Positions 50,661-64,000 of a stretch of 64,000 nucleotides of DNA are shown here, piece after piece. The stretch comes from Nageia nagi (Eukaryota > Plantae > Pinophyta). Where the stretch lies: the NCBI GenBank assembly GCA_050084985.1, contig JBITNC010000002.1, positions 22,630,001-22,694,000 on the forward strand, in the 5' to 3' direction. Positions within the stretch are counted from its first letter, which is position 1; each line of letters opens with the position of its first letter. The position numbers and the translations under genes are program-made. The notes beneath the pieces are model-generated. The model searched no databases. It was given only the letters and a program-made list of their open reading frames with translations, and had not been told where the DNA came from.

Positions 50661-52639
50661 GTAATGATAATCAACACATATTTTATATACAGTAGGTGAC
50701 TATAAGTGTTTGGCATGGCATCTTCATGATGACTTATAGTGCACCATTGATCAGTTCATTATGGCATTTGTGTGATTCATCTATCCCTATTGATATGAAT
50801 ATGATGCATCTAACTAATCTTGTTATTTGAGCTACTGATGACTTGCAAGTTCCTCTGAGATTGCAAGTGCTAACCTCAAGTATGCAGGCTCTTCGAGACT
50901 CTTTATGACTTCTAGTTGGATGACTACTTTATGTACATTGAAACCAGTTATGGTTAATGATTGTATTTGGAAAAGTAGTGAGTCTCAAACTAAATCTTTC
51001 CTACTTCACAAATATGTAAAAAATTCTCATCTTCATTGTATCTATTTGGATAACTCTCTTACTTTCTCTTCTTCTTCTCTCTTACACGCTCTATCCCAAT
51101 ATTGCATTAAGGGGGAGTGTTGGAATGTATAATGCATTATTGTAAAATTTGTATTACATATTTTATGTAAATTCATTAATACTTAAGGGTATTATTTGAT
51201 ACCTTAAGTATTTTAGTGAATATAATAATGTAACTTGTCCTACACTTCAAGTCATGAGCATGTCCCTTGGATCAAAGATATGCATTTCATGCTTAAGTCA
51301 TCCAAGGGGGGATTTGGCCTATAAATAGAAGGATCCCCATTTGTAATGATACACCAATTGTGGAGTAAGGATAAGATATAGGATAGAAGTGTAGGAATTG
51401 AGATCAAGGATTGTAAGAGAGTGGTATTTGTGAGAGAAGTAAAGATCTAGTTAGTGGATGTACTCTTAGTTGGAGAAACCATTTTACATCTTGTGTTGTG
51501 AGATTGATTTATGTATTTGTTGGATTTAATTATGAGTTTTCATATGATCTTGGTAGTTTAGAAATTATATTATTAGTGTTAATTCCTTCAAAGATCATTT
51601 GAAGGATTGCAACTTGCTTTGTCTATCTATATTGTGCATCTATTATTCTATAAGTTCGCATGTATGTTCATCATTTGATTATTCATTAATTTTCTCATTG
51701 CTACATTCTTGTTCACATTTGTAATTTTGCTCATCTTATAGCATCGATGACATGCCAATCTAGGACACAAATGGTGTACCTATTCATGAATGTATTCTCT
51801 ATCCTTGTGCATTTTCTAGTTAAAGGAACACATATTGAATCTAAGTAAACACTATGGCATTCATGTTACATGTTACTATCATATTTCTGATATATATATC
51901 AATATTTACAAAGTAAAGCAATAGTGCATTAATCACCCCATTTGCATTAATTGCATTATTTAGCATCTACAAGAATAACCACCGAACCAACCCTTTCTTT
52001 TTGAGATATTTTTGTTGTGAAATTGCTAGCAATAAGGTATTATATTTTCATGAATTATTAAAGTTATAAAGATATTTTTGTTGATTATCATATACCATTA
52101 GAAATATCTTCTTAATAAATTTACAATGGTATATACCACTCTATAGTTTATTTTGAGTTCACCACCTTATTTATCATAAATTCATCCCTATACTGAAAAC
52201 TACAATTTTAACAACTCACTTGACCAAAAAGGGGCTTTGGAGGTGATTGATTTGACAATTTTGGTATGGTAATTTTGACCAACTCATTTTCTAGTTTTAG
52301 TGGTGGTTTTAAAATTGTCCCCTAAATCTTAAGAAGGTAGGTAAAAGCTACCTCTTAATTTCAACAAAAAAATCTCAAGTAGGGAACTTAGGTGAGCACT
52401 TATAATATTTTGATTTTTTGAGTAGCAACCAAAGGGTATAGAACTTAATGCTACCATTTCAAGCTGAGGGGATTAGAGCACTTAGAACATTTCTAATTTG
52501 TAGAGTTGATCCAAGGGGGTTAGAGCACTTAGAGCATTTCCAATTTACAAAGCCAATTCGAGGGTATTGTAGAGAGCACCCAATAGGTATTATTTTATGT
52601 ATCTTATCAAGCAACTACATGCTTCTGGAATAAAAGTCT

Positions 52640-53120
52640 CTAGGGCCTTCCTCATAAAACCCTTTTTGCACATATCCTACAATCATTGCAAACCATCAAA
52701 TTATGTTTGCATCATGTACCTTATTAAATAATCCATTAGCCTTATGTAGTTTTCCATATTTTGCATACATCATGTGATCTATTAAGGTACTCACAAACAT
52801 AAAATTCAATTTGCAAGCACCAAGTGGACACATCCACACACCCATTTAAGTTTTTATGGGTATTTTTACAATATCTTATTAAACAATTCTTGGCATTTTG
52901 TATTTTTTCATATTTTGTATACATGTGATCTATTAGGGCACTCATAACCACAACATTGAATTTACAAGTACCAAGATGATACAACCACATCCAATCCAAG
53001 TTTTATAGGTATTTTGGTAATATCTTATCAAACAATTCTTAACCTTGTGTATTATTCCATATTTTGCATACATGTAATCTATCATGGCACTCCTAACCAT
53101 AATATTCAATTTACCACCAT
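52640..53120 (-). pseudogene. Degenerate PLS-class PPR remnant (paralog of 36850-37560)
   Basis: VVVMSALIDHMYTKYEKIQNAK-like unit repeated three times; LFNKVHDANII..FAMIVGYVQKGFYEKALE. Confidence 0.7.
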
Positions 53121-53199
53121 CTAATTAAAATTGATTTATGATGCCAACTAAAAGATAAATAATACACATCATAATAAGAATAGAAATTTGTATGAGGAG

Positions 53200-56100
53200 C
53201 GAGGGTCCATGAATCGCATGATAACACTAAAGCATATAATTTTAAATCATATAAGGATTAGAGCAAATTTAGGAAATTATAACCTTATGGAGAGTGTTCT
53301 TTCCAATCAAATGTGGGAGTCCTAGATCCATAGGGATGGAGGTGCAAAAGTCTCCTTTCATGAATTGATGGGTTCTTATGCTTCATTGGAGATATCTTTG
53401 TAGGTAACATATATAACTAGGTCTTTAAGAGGCTTCTCCTCCTAGATTGAAAAATCCTCTTGATACAAGCCAAGATTAGCCAAAATATCTGCTAATCCAT
53501 TTTCTTCTATGAAGATATGGAATATTTGAAATTAAGATAATTTTGAGAGCCATTATTTCATATCATCAAACATCCTAACTTGGTTCCAAGTGGGTTCTTG
53601 GGAGCCTCTTAAAGTATTTATGATATTAAGGGAGTATTCTTATATAATGACCTTCTTAAAGGGTTTATTACTTAGAATTTAGATACCTTAGAAATCTTGT
53701 TTGGCTTCCATAAAATGAATTTATTGATGGCTAATCTTTTATACAAAGGTTGTTAGGATTGTTCTTTTATGGTCTTTGGTGATTCCTCATAGTCTAAAGT
53801 CTCATTGGTTTCCCTTGGAGGCCTTATCAAAATTTATTTTTACCCAACCTTCTGAGGGAGGTATCCACTTTACAAGAGATATATCAATCTTTACCTCCTC
53901 ATGTGAGATCCCTTTGTGAGTCATTCACCACTAAGAAGTTATCCTTTCCTCTTATGTCGACTTAGAGTAGGATTTTAAAGAGGCCATTGAAATATTTTCT
54001 AGGATTGCATTAGAGATCTTTCTCCAGACCATAGCTTCATTACGTAAGACATTCTTGAAAGCTCTTATATTTCTTTCCTTCCAAATTCTTCAACAAAAAT
54101 ATGGAAGATTGAGGTTCCATAACATTTTCAAATTTGATCTTCATGAAGGATGAATCCAACTTAGAATGAAATATCTAATAGTTTCCTATGAGACCCAACA
54201 AAAATTAAAAGATTACGAAAGGAAAGAAAATATGTTCTTAGTAAAATAATAATCAAGGATAAGTTATTTCACAAATTTTTCTTAGGTGTCACAAAGGTAA
54301 CACCTATTTGGAATAGGAATCCCTCTTTTCTGGAAGTTATCAATAGTAAGTATCTTGTTCAGGGAAACCAACCAAAAAAAGAAGTTCACCTTTGTGAATA
54401 GTTTTTTGAACCTAACTTGGGAACTAAAATCCAATCTCTTCCTTCATTTTCAATTAACATGTAGGTCAATTTAATAAAAAATAAAGCAAATTTCTCACCT
54501 TTATAAAAGATAATATCTTCTACTCACCTAATGATCTATAATAAAAAACTTGAAAGAGTCTAACTTACTTTTATCAAATCACTTTGGAACTTATATTTAA
54601 TTAAGTTCTTGAATAAAAATGAATTCCAAAATTAAGTATAAAAGAGAGCTAGTAAATAAATACAAAAATTAGTAGAAATAATTTGGACACTAGTGAGAAA
54701 TAGGTTTACCCTAGTTAACCTTAGTATGGGGCTACTATGGAGCTAAAGATCTCTCTCTCTAATTGGGTAAGGAATGATTGTACAACTACCTCTTCCATGC
54801 TCTTCTCTTTGTCAGAATGGGCACCTCCCAATTCTTCCCAAAACACTAAAATAAAACTCTATAGATGCTTCTTACTCCCAACTTCGAACTAGTATAATCC
54901 TATCCTAAAATGCTAAAGTAATTACAATTTCTCAATCTCTAGATACTTTTCCACTCCTCAAAATACCTCCTATGAATGCATCTATTAAGACATTTTTATG
55001 ATATTTTATTGGGCTAAAAATGATGCACCTATTACAATAAATTTCCTTTTATTGGAATTATTGATCTCTTCGCAATTGTTGATCTAAATTTGAACTCAAT
55101 TAGTTAATACAATCTCCCAATATTAGCCTCCTAAGTTTAAAAATAAACTTAGCCTGATAATAGACTTCACACCCAATAATAAACCTTCCAAATTAATACA
55201 ATAATAATAATCTAAAATTAAACCAAATGCCTAAAATAAAATCCAATGTTAAATATAGGAAAATCCCACTTAAATGGGCACCCCAATCTAAATTTGCCAC
55301 TTAGGAGTCAACTGACAGCTAGCTAGTCAAATATTGGTTGGTAGGTTAAATGGATAGGGTTGGTGATATTGTGCGGATACTAATGGGAGGTTTGACATAT
55401 AGTGGGTGAGGAGTGGGGATGATGTCTCCACCCTTACAAGATGATGTCTTGGCCCCATGAGATGACATCTTGGTAGCTAGCATCTTTGGGCTTGACGACA
55501 TCCTATCATGCAACTCTCTCTTCCATATGTCTCCTTGGCTGATAGCTTCTTCCAATATGCATTGGTCAACTCTCTATACACATGAACTTCTAGCCCCACC
55601 ACTAATCAACACCCTTTCACTAGACTCAGGTGGCATATATTCATTATTATATATTTTTTTAGAAAAAAGGTCTTTGGTAATTTTTTAATAAAATATATAA
55701 ACTTTGAATCTTCATAAAAAATAATCTAGTAGTCGGATTTGAGATCCATCAAATATGTTGTAGAGAAGGAGATGAAGAGAGTACTCTAAGACTGGATGTT
55801 GTAAATTTTGAAAGGATCAAAATTTTGGATCACCAAGAGGGAAGAAAATATGTACAAAGAAGAGGCTTGAATTTTCTTTATTAGAGAAGTATTTAGGAGG
55901 GATCTCCTTCGAAAGTTTACCTCCATTTGTGAATTCCAAATAATCTTGAACACTTTACTCAAGGAGAGAGGTGGTAATTCTCTCTAAAACTGACACCCTA
56001 AAAAACTTTGAAAGGAGGGCTTATAGCCAATATTCCTTCCAGAAGTTGACTTTTGAACTAGTATAGAATAACTAATAAAATCCTTTAGGCAACAAGTTTT

Positions 56101-57360
56101 TTATGTAAATCATACTTTTTCAAAAAGAGAAACATCCTATAAAGGCTCTTCTATCTAAGAGAGAACTAATATTATTAAGGTATTTTACCCATATAATCTT
56201 GATCCAATTCAATAGTTCTTTTAAAATTTTCCAAGCCTATTTCAATTGGAGATCTTGATTCATGGTGTTGAGATGATGAAATCCCAACCCACCAAATTCC
56301 TTCCTCAAATAAAATGTGTCCCAAGCCATCAGGGAGAACCTTCATTTTTTCCTTTGATCTTGACTATAGGAATTTTATTTGAATTTGATACATCTTATGA
56401 CACATAGAAGAAGGGATATTAAAAAGAGACATGAAATAAATTAGGATACTCTAAAGGGTAGGCTTAACTAAGTGAGCCTTCCCTGCTTCGCTTATGAGTT
56501 CTTCTTTCTAAGAAACTAGTTTTTTTCTAAAGCCATTCCATTACTGGATCCCACATCTTGGTTTTCAATGTTCCTTTGAAGAGTGGCATACCTAGGTAAG
56601 TTGCAATGAGATCCACTAATTTACATTTAATAGCTTGGCAATATTTCCTTGAATAAAGGGTTTAATATTTAAAAATAAGAATTTACTTCTATCAAAATTT
56701 ACCTTTAATCTTGCAACATCTTCGTAAGTTTTGAGAATCTTTGTTATCTTGTTAACTTAAGGAATATGGTATTTGGTAGTAATGATAGTGTCAAACACAA
56801 ATGGTTGGTGTGAAATATGATTTGAAAAAGAAGTTGGTTTAATTTTATTAATATCATTATAGGACATTGTTGCATTAAGGGATCTTCTCAATGCCTCTTC
56901 CATTATGATAAAGAGAAAGAGGGAGAGGGCATCTCCTTGCCTCAGACCTCTTATGTTATGGAAGTAACCGATATGGGAACAGATGATAAGGACTGAGAAT
57001 ATTGTTTAAGAAATACAAAATCAAACCAAATTAATCCAATTATTATGAAAAACAAATTTAGACATGATTTTCAAGAGCAAAGGCCAAGATAACCTATTGT
57101 AATCTTTATTCACATCCAACTTAAGAATTCAACCATCCTTCCCATATTGATCCATATAATGAATAGTCTCATGAATTGTGATTATGCCATAAAGAATTTA
57201 CTTATCAACCATTAAACCTCCTTGACCTTGGTTAATCATGAGAGGGAGAAGGATCTTCATTATGTTTGCCATTGTCTTTATTATAATCTTATAAATCATG
57301 TTACTAAGGATAATTCAATAGAACTCCTTAAACTTTTTAGAATCAAAAACCTTGGGAATC
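53200..57360 (-). mobile_element. Degenerate LINE ORF2 (RT, RNase H-like C-terminus)
   Basis: On the minus strand: GLRQGDALSLFLFIIMEEAL, YLGMPL, FSLMAWD, KWIPPSEGWVKINFD. Confidence 0.75.
54460..55639. mobile_element. Probable old solo LTR inserted in the LINE
   Basis: About 1.18 kb of non-LINE sequence interrupting LINE homology. Degenerate ends TGTAGGTC...GGCATATA; TSD not clean. Confidence 0.4.
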
Positions 57361-57599
57361 AAGGCTAAAAATGTCGACTTGTCACTCCCTAAATTATACC
57401 ATTTTGTTTTTTACTTTGGACTTATCATCAAAACTCTCTCTCAAGGTAAAAAGGCTTTAAAAGTTACCTCTAAAGTTTTATGGAACTTACAATATTCTAA
57501 TTCAACGTATTGGAATAGAGACATACAAGTTGGAGTTACTAGAAGCTTCAAAAAATTATCTAATATTTCATGTATTTTATCTCAAGAAGGTCATTAGTT

Positions 57600-58686
57600 C
57601 ATAGGGAAGATTCAAATGCAATTACTTGAGTTTCTACAAGATGACTTCATAATGGATGAACCTAAAGAAATATTTAAACAAGGTACTTGCCAACTTTGCA
57701 ATCATACTATCACTAAACTTCTTACCCAATGGTAAGGATTGATACCTAAATATGCAACTTGGAAGGTACTTCATCATCTTCAACAATAGTTTTTCTATTT
57801 TTATTTTTGACGATAAATCTCTTTTCCATAAAGATTGACATATTAGGATCTCCTCTCTTAAAATTTAATTATTATTAGTATTATATTTAATTGATATATT
57901 GACTTGGAATGTGAACTAAGATATTTTATTTTATAAGGTGAACCACCATTTTGTAATACTCAAATACTTGAACTACCATTCATGGTTATGGTACTGTTAC
58001 TATAAATATATGTAATAGGGGTAGAGAGAACATCATGTAAAAATATATTACCTTTGGAGTTTGTTAGAATTTGTAATGAAATATTGTGAATATCTAAACT
58101 CCTTGTAAGTTCAATTAATCACTTAAAGGATATGTAGATACCTTAAGGGATTAATTGAATTCTTTATTATGTGTGGACTTTGACCTAACCATGGGGTTAG
58201 TTGGTAGGTTAAAGTTAGGTCACACATTTATTATAACCCTAACCTTACCCTTGGGTTAAAGGGAGGTTAGGGAGGTGCTCTCAAGCTATAAATAGAGGGC
58301 CTCTCCTCTTGTAACGTATCTAAGTTTTGGAGTAAGATTACTCTACTAGTTTGTGTAGGAGAGAGGAAGAGAATTGTTCTAAGAGAGGCATACTTGAGAA
58401 TTGAGATACTAGTTGTGGATGTACTCCCAAGGAGGGAGGAACCACATTACGCTTGTGTTATCTTGTGTGAATGTTGTGTGATTGAGTTTCCTAGTCTTGG
58501 ACCTTGAGGATTAGAGTAGTGCTAATTCTCTTAGAGTTATCTTATTTTGTTACTTTCTTACAATTTTAAGTCATGATATTTAATTACTACACTTTATTAA
58601 ATTTCAAGCTTTGTTGTTATTTCTTTGATTAAGCTAATTTCTATATTTTTTTACATTTCCATTTAATATCTTCTAAGTTGATAACA
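57600..58686 (+). mobile_element. Chromovirus 3' remnant with LTR (57841-58686), same family as 10022-10727
   Basis: CAATGGTAAGGATTGATACCTAAATATGCAACTTGG matches the chromodomain at 10540-10580. The LTR ends TGATAACA, like the reverse complement of 10022. Confidence 0.65.
58062..58533 (+). mobile_element. Copia solo LTR (related to the 42750/51118 LTRs)
   Basis: 472 bp; TG...TA(=CA) ends; perfect TSD GAGTT (58057-58061, 58534-58538); shares CTATAAATAG and GTGGATGTACTC with those LTRs. Confidence 0.85.
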
Positions 58687-59949
58687 AATGAATAACTATT
58701 GAGAACTTTATCTAGTATAATTCGTAGAAACCCACAAATAACATGTTGACATGAATAAAACCTTAAAAATAATTAAAAAATCACTCTTTCTTTATTTTTC
58801 TTATTCACTATGAATTTCATTCTCTACATATCTAATTTCTCTATTCTCTCATTCTATTCCAAATTAATTTGAATTTTCACATTCTCTCTCTATTATCATT
58901 ATTTTTATGGTCCCTTTTCTCTTGTAATTTTATATTGTATCATATATTTTTTTCTTCAACTCTAAGGAATTTATTTTCTTTACATATTTATATTGTATGA
59001 ACAACCAAAATCAACTAAGGAATTTATTTTCTTTACATATTTATCGTCTACATCTATTTTTATTAGATTCATTTATAGAGTTGATAGGAAACACCATTCC
59101 ATCACCAAATATAGACATATTTTGAATTGAGTTGATATTTAACCCTTTTGATTCTATTCCTTATATTGGGGACATCAAATAGGGTAAAACAATTTGGATA
59201 AGATATTTATATTTTATTTTCAATTAGAATACAATTGATAATTTCATTTGAATTATACTTAAATGTTTAGAGGCTTGATTGATTGATCTTATAATGCACC
59301 TCAATTGTATGATAAACCTATTCAAAGTTTTTCTTTAGCATTTCATAATTATAATAGAATTTGAAGAATATAGAAAAAAAGTATTAATAATATAATAGAG
59401 GTAAATTGGGTTATTTAAATGAATATAAAATAAATACTAAACTAAATTTGATATAACCCCTTATATATAAAAAAAATGTTGAGAGATATCATTCCCTAAA
59501 TGTCTATCTTGGATATAGAAATACCAAGAAATGAGATTTATTTGATAATATTTCTTGGATATACTTAAATAACATTGATACCATTTTGATGATTCATATA
59601 TTTATACATATAAGATTAAGGACTAATAAATCATTCTATATTCTTGTGCATCTAGTTTTTATTTTTTATTCATTTTTTTATATAGAATTTCATGGTGTTC
59701 TATTGTCGAAAATATTTTATAAGAACCACAAATAAATCATGTTGATCATACTATACAAAATTTTATTATTTAAAATGGGAATCAAAAAATACTTTTTTTT
59801 TAATCAGTAATACAAATAATTTATTAATTTAGAAGGAAATACATAGGAATCTCTAGAGATTACAAAATAAAAAACTTGCTAAAAGCTAGTAATTATGAAA
59901 ATATCATTTGAATAAAACCAGTGAATCCTCTAGCATATATAGCTCACTA

Positions 59950-61380
59950 TTGATATTTAATTTAAGATATATTATGAATACCTAGATTTCTTAGGATAGA
60001 AGAATTCTTCAAATTAAGCCATAGATCCATCTTCAATGTTGTCTATAACTACCTGCTGCAGAAGTAGGAGAGTTGATTTCCTTCCTCTCTTTTTTGGAAA
60101 GGCATGTATTGGAATTTTTTCAAAAGAAAAGGGGTTTTTATGATCAAGGGAGGGAATTCCTCCCCACTTGGATCAACCATCACTTGGTTAGTGTGATTTA
60201 GGGGATTCTGGTCAATAAGGACTATAGCCTAGATCTTAGGTACAAAGTCAGAAGTGGATTCTTCTTGGAGAACCTAGAATGGATTGGATATGCTTAGAGT
60301 GGTGGATTTACCTATAGATCTAGCCTATTATTTTAGAGAGGGTGCCTTTTGGAGGACAAGAGGAGTAGCTTCTTACTGTGGAGGAACATAGGAAGTTATA
60401 GGGAGACGAGTAGCTAGTTGTTTGGGTGGAGCTAGGGGAGGTATGAAATGCGATTATGTACTTGAATGATCATATTTAATATTTAAATGATGGCAATGTT
60501 GATTAAGGTGGCCATATTCATGGTAGATTCGACATTGAAAGGGGATATGTTCATAGTTCAGGGGTTATTCTTAGGTTTTTTCACAAACCTATATAGTAAT
60601 CTGAGTAGGTAAGGGCACATCTAGGTTTAGGTTAACAAAAATATGAGCTATAGAAAGTTGGGTATATTCAAAGGTCAAATTAAATTCACTAATAAAACCC
60701 CCACGGGCATTTCCAATTCCCTCAAAAGTAGTATGATTCTAATATTCAATAGGTAAGGAAGGGAGTCTTACCCACATGGGAGAAGAAGATGATGGAGCCT
60801 TTGGTGTGAAATTCATGTGCCAAGGTTTCATATATAATCATCCATTAAACCATGGACCTGATTAGAAAGCCTGATCTCTAGTAACCTCCATCTCAAAGAC
60901 AAGAAGAAACCATTATTAAAGCATAAACACATATCAATTTCTCCATATTGGGACCAATTAGTTGACACCCATTTTTCTACTGCACCTTGAGAAAGTCGTG
61001 GGCCTATAAAGTGACATATCAAGCCTTGTGAATTAAGGAATACAATGCTTTCTCTAATGACTTTAAGATCAAAAGAGATGAAAAGGTTTTCAACAGCATC
61101 ATGTAGATAACCATTTTCATTTTTACATGCATTAGGGATTAGAAGACAGTAGGATCTTCATTGATTCCTAGTTAAAGGCCCACAATGATGAGACTTACTA
61201 TTAGTTATGGTTGTATCTCTGTATGAGGGGGGACCCCTTGCATCAAGGCCAACATTTGTGGACCTCTCATGGCTTGACACACTCCCATCCATGAGTGTTG
61301 GCTCCTCACAAGTGATCGTGGTTGCAACCAGAAATGCTCTTATTTTCTAGACTAACCCTAGCCAAACCCTCAACCCCAAA
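59950..61380 (-). mobile_element. LINE ORF1 remnant (DUF4283 and zinc knuckle)
   Basis: ICHFIGPR..WVSTNW..NGFF, GPW, WHMNFTP, PMWVRLPSLPIEY and FQCRIYHEYGHL motifs. Confidence 0.75.
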
Positions 61381-64000
61381 CCAATTCAAGTGGTATTCCT
61401 CAAAGTCAAAAAAATACTTATGGTGGTGTTCTTTTTTATAATTTTTTTTTATCAAAATACTTAATTTTTTATTAAAAATTAACTTATAATATTATTTACA
61501 AACCATAATGATAATATTTTCCATAGATGAATCTTTACAAATAAAATGATAAACATTCATGTAAAAGATAAATTCTAATAAATAATCTTAAATGCTATAT
61601 ATTCACATATATTATAAAATAAGTGTGAGTATTAAAAATATGCAAAAGTTTTGACATCTTGGATTGTAATGATAATTACATGAACTGCTATACAACATGT
61701 GTAGGGGAGTTGGAGAGGGGGGTAGCATCTTCCCCTCATATGCAGGTGGATATTTAACATATGGAGGGTGCCAATACACCCCACACAAACTTGTAACTCA
61801 TAAAAAAAATTGAATGTTAATATTAAATGACATAAAATCTATAGCAAAATTTTAATTTTTAGATTCCTTTCATATTAATTTATTAAATAGAGTATGTGAG
61901 TCCATGCGTTAAATTACAAAGCTGACTTAAATATAAACTAACACATCTTTTCAAAAATAATTGTATCAATACAAGTAAAAATATAAAATATTTTTGCATA
62001 TTTATTTTGTGAATTAGGAAGAGCAAATGAGAATAAAAGAGCAAAGATGGAAGAGAAGAGGAGCGAATTAGTTCTACTTCAATTTATTTGTTGGTTCCAT
62101 GTAAGATTTGGCAACCCAAATTGATTTGTAATATATTAAGCTATAAAAATATATTGATTCTTCTATTATATTTATTGTTTTGAAATGTAAAAATATATTT
62201 CATTGCAATTATATTTCACTGTAAAAATGTATTTACAATAAAATATATATTCCAAGATAGGCACCTCAGGAATGATATCTTTGGGTATTTTTTGATATAT
62301 AAGGGGTTATATCAAAGCTAGTAGATTACCATAGTCATAATACTAATTATATCATCTACCTATATTTATAAAATGATTATATGTTTTTATGAAAACAATA
62401 AGAATATATAAAATTAAAATATATTACATTGATGTTAATTATAACTTTTTTTATATATAGAATATATTAGCTTTGTTTTAATATATCCTATTATGACTAC
62501 ATAGAATAATACATATTTTTATCATAATTAATGTAAGTCATGTTTTATTTTTTTATTTTTTAAGAATTTATACATTTATGGCTAACATTATATATGAAGG
62601 CTTCTAAGGTTAAATTTAGATGTACATACATCATAAAATATCACCATTTTGATCAATAAAAAATGTTAGAAATTGATAAACACTATATGAAAATACTATT
62701 TGGTTGTTACATTTGGAGGTTTCCTTTCCAATACTCAAAATATTTGATATGGTTAGTAGAAGTCAAGTACCAACTTTTTCTTCCAAATATACATTTTTAG
62801 ATGATTGAAGATTAAGGAACACCATATCATTTTTTGTAATACTTGTATATATTTTATTTTATATGAACTATTGTTTCATAGCTTTTTGAACTTAATGAAG
62901 ATTATCCTTAAGAAGGGAGAGAACTTATATACATTGAAATATATTGCTTACTTCATTAATTTTATTAATCATAAAAATGTAATACATCAATACAAGATAT
63001 TTTACTTTTAAAATACTTCATAAAAGAATATCATAATAGTAAAATGATAAATTAGAAAACCATTTGATCTATTATATTTATATAAATAGTTTCAAGTGTA
63101 TCCTAAGTAGTTAAAATTGAAGTATAACACATAATTTCCTTTTGACTTTAAATTAATTTAAATTTACATAAAATACAAAACTTCTTAAAATTATTGAAGA
63201 AATATTTATTGATTAATATTTTTAAGGATATTATATTTTCCAATAATCTCCTACAAATCTCCTCTAATAGCCTATAAACCTTCAAAATCTTCTATGTTTT
63301 TGCAGAGGCTAATGCAATCATCATTTCTTTGAAACCTAGACTTTTCTTGACCATGAAAGTCGTCAACCATGTCCAATATTTAATGATTAAACCACTTTCA
63401 ACCATGGGTACCTTTACAAATGCTGTTAAATGTTTGTAGACTTCAATTATGGAATTTCTTCCAGAGAGCATTCATTTTATTTACATTAGCTTCAGATGAA
63501 CTGAGTTAATGTACCTTGCACTTTTTATACATTATCTCTTTGTTAAATAGTGAGACGAAAGATAGTTTATTACTAAAATTTAGTAATAGGCAGTGCTTAA
63601 TCTAATGGTAATATATCATATGATGTCTTAAATACATATTTGAAATCTCATATTTTTGCATTCAAAATTACAGGAGAGAACAATTAAGCTTTAGTTACAG
63701 TAAAGAACTGTAACTGAGAATTGAGAGCTGTTTTCTTCAGTTTTTTCTTTTTAAACGACTCGTACATTCTGCAACGATCCAGTTGATACTTCAAATCATT
63801 TATAGACATTTCATGTATATTCTTTTAATTCATTTGGAAGGAGGCTGGTAACCTCCACAGAGCTGAGCACGCTGGTGTCTGAGCATGGCTATCTCGTTTC
63901 TGATGTTTTTTGCTCCTTCCCCATTCCCATCACCAATTGTTTGTTCCAACGTTGCAATTATTCGTTCTATGCTTTTGATCTGCATGTAGCCCAATAATAT

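Larger units (their letters stand above)
42750..51590 (+). mobile_element. Full-length degenerate Ty1/Copia nested in the Tat 3' LTR
   Basis: LTRs 42750-43223 and 51118-51590 (about 38 differences in 474 bp by eye); TSD AAGAT (42745-42749, 51591-51595); Met PBS at 43227; PPT AAGGGGGAG at 51109-51117. Confidence 0.93.
37565..51971 (+). mobile_element. 5'-truncated Tat-clade Gypsy (RT-RH-aRH-INT, 3' tandem repeats, 3' LTR at 42487-42749 + 51596-51971)
   Basis: FMDGFSSYNQI, VMPFGLKNVGATYQR and YVDDI RT motifs; second (archaeal-type) RNase H CTNNMVKYEALILGL..IYGDS; integrase; PPT AAAGAGGGGTAAA; LTR ends TGTAGATGC...GCATCTACA. Confidence 0.85.

Noticed and set aside
63889-63990. Short ATG-initiated hydrophobic ORF at the window end
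   Set aside because: Too short, with no recognisable motif. It may be near a gene outside the window, but this cannot be supported.

Overview
Eukaryotic plant nuclear DNA. It is AT-rich, CpG-depleted and mostly transposon-derived; the element types and their decay suggest a gymnosperm/conifer genome (inference). One host gene is recognisable: a minus-strand TBC1D13-like Rab-GAP with six GT-AG exons at 35897->33216. It has a 1-bp frameshift in exon 5, and I found no C-terminal exons in the window. There are also three PLS-class PPR pseudogene remnants. The rest is nested TEs. Left (1-16 kb): a degenerate Copia carries a Gypsy 3' end, a solo LTR (TSD AAATC), a gag-protease-only LTR element (TSD CAAAG) and a chromovirus remnant. 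The chromovirus remnant holds a non-autonomous LTR element (TSD AAATT) whose internal region is a captured, uninterrupted fragment of an At1g04210-type LRR/EDR1-domain kinase gene, and whose 5' LTR holds a hAT-type MITE (8-bp TSD). Middle: a LINE, a TIR element, and a very young RT-less CRM-like chromovirus (TSD GATTC, shared LTR parts identical by eye). Its 3' LTR has been rebuilt through microhomology junctions, creating a new 203-aa ORF. Right: a Tat Gypsy with a full Copia (TSD AAGAT) in its 3' LTR, a minus-strand LINE, and a chromovirus LTR containing a Copia solo LTR (TSD GAGTT). Best novelty candidates are the kinase-fragment-carrying LTR element and the rearranged non-autonomous chromovirus. 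All identities and homologies were judged by eye, without database searches.
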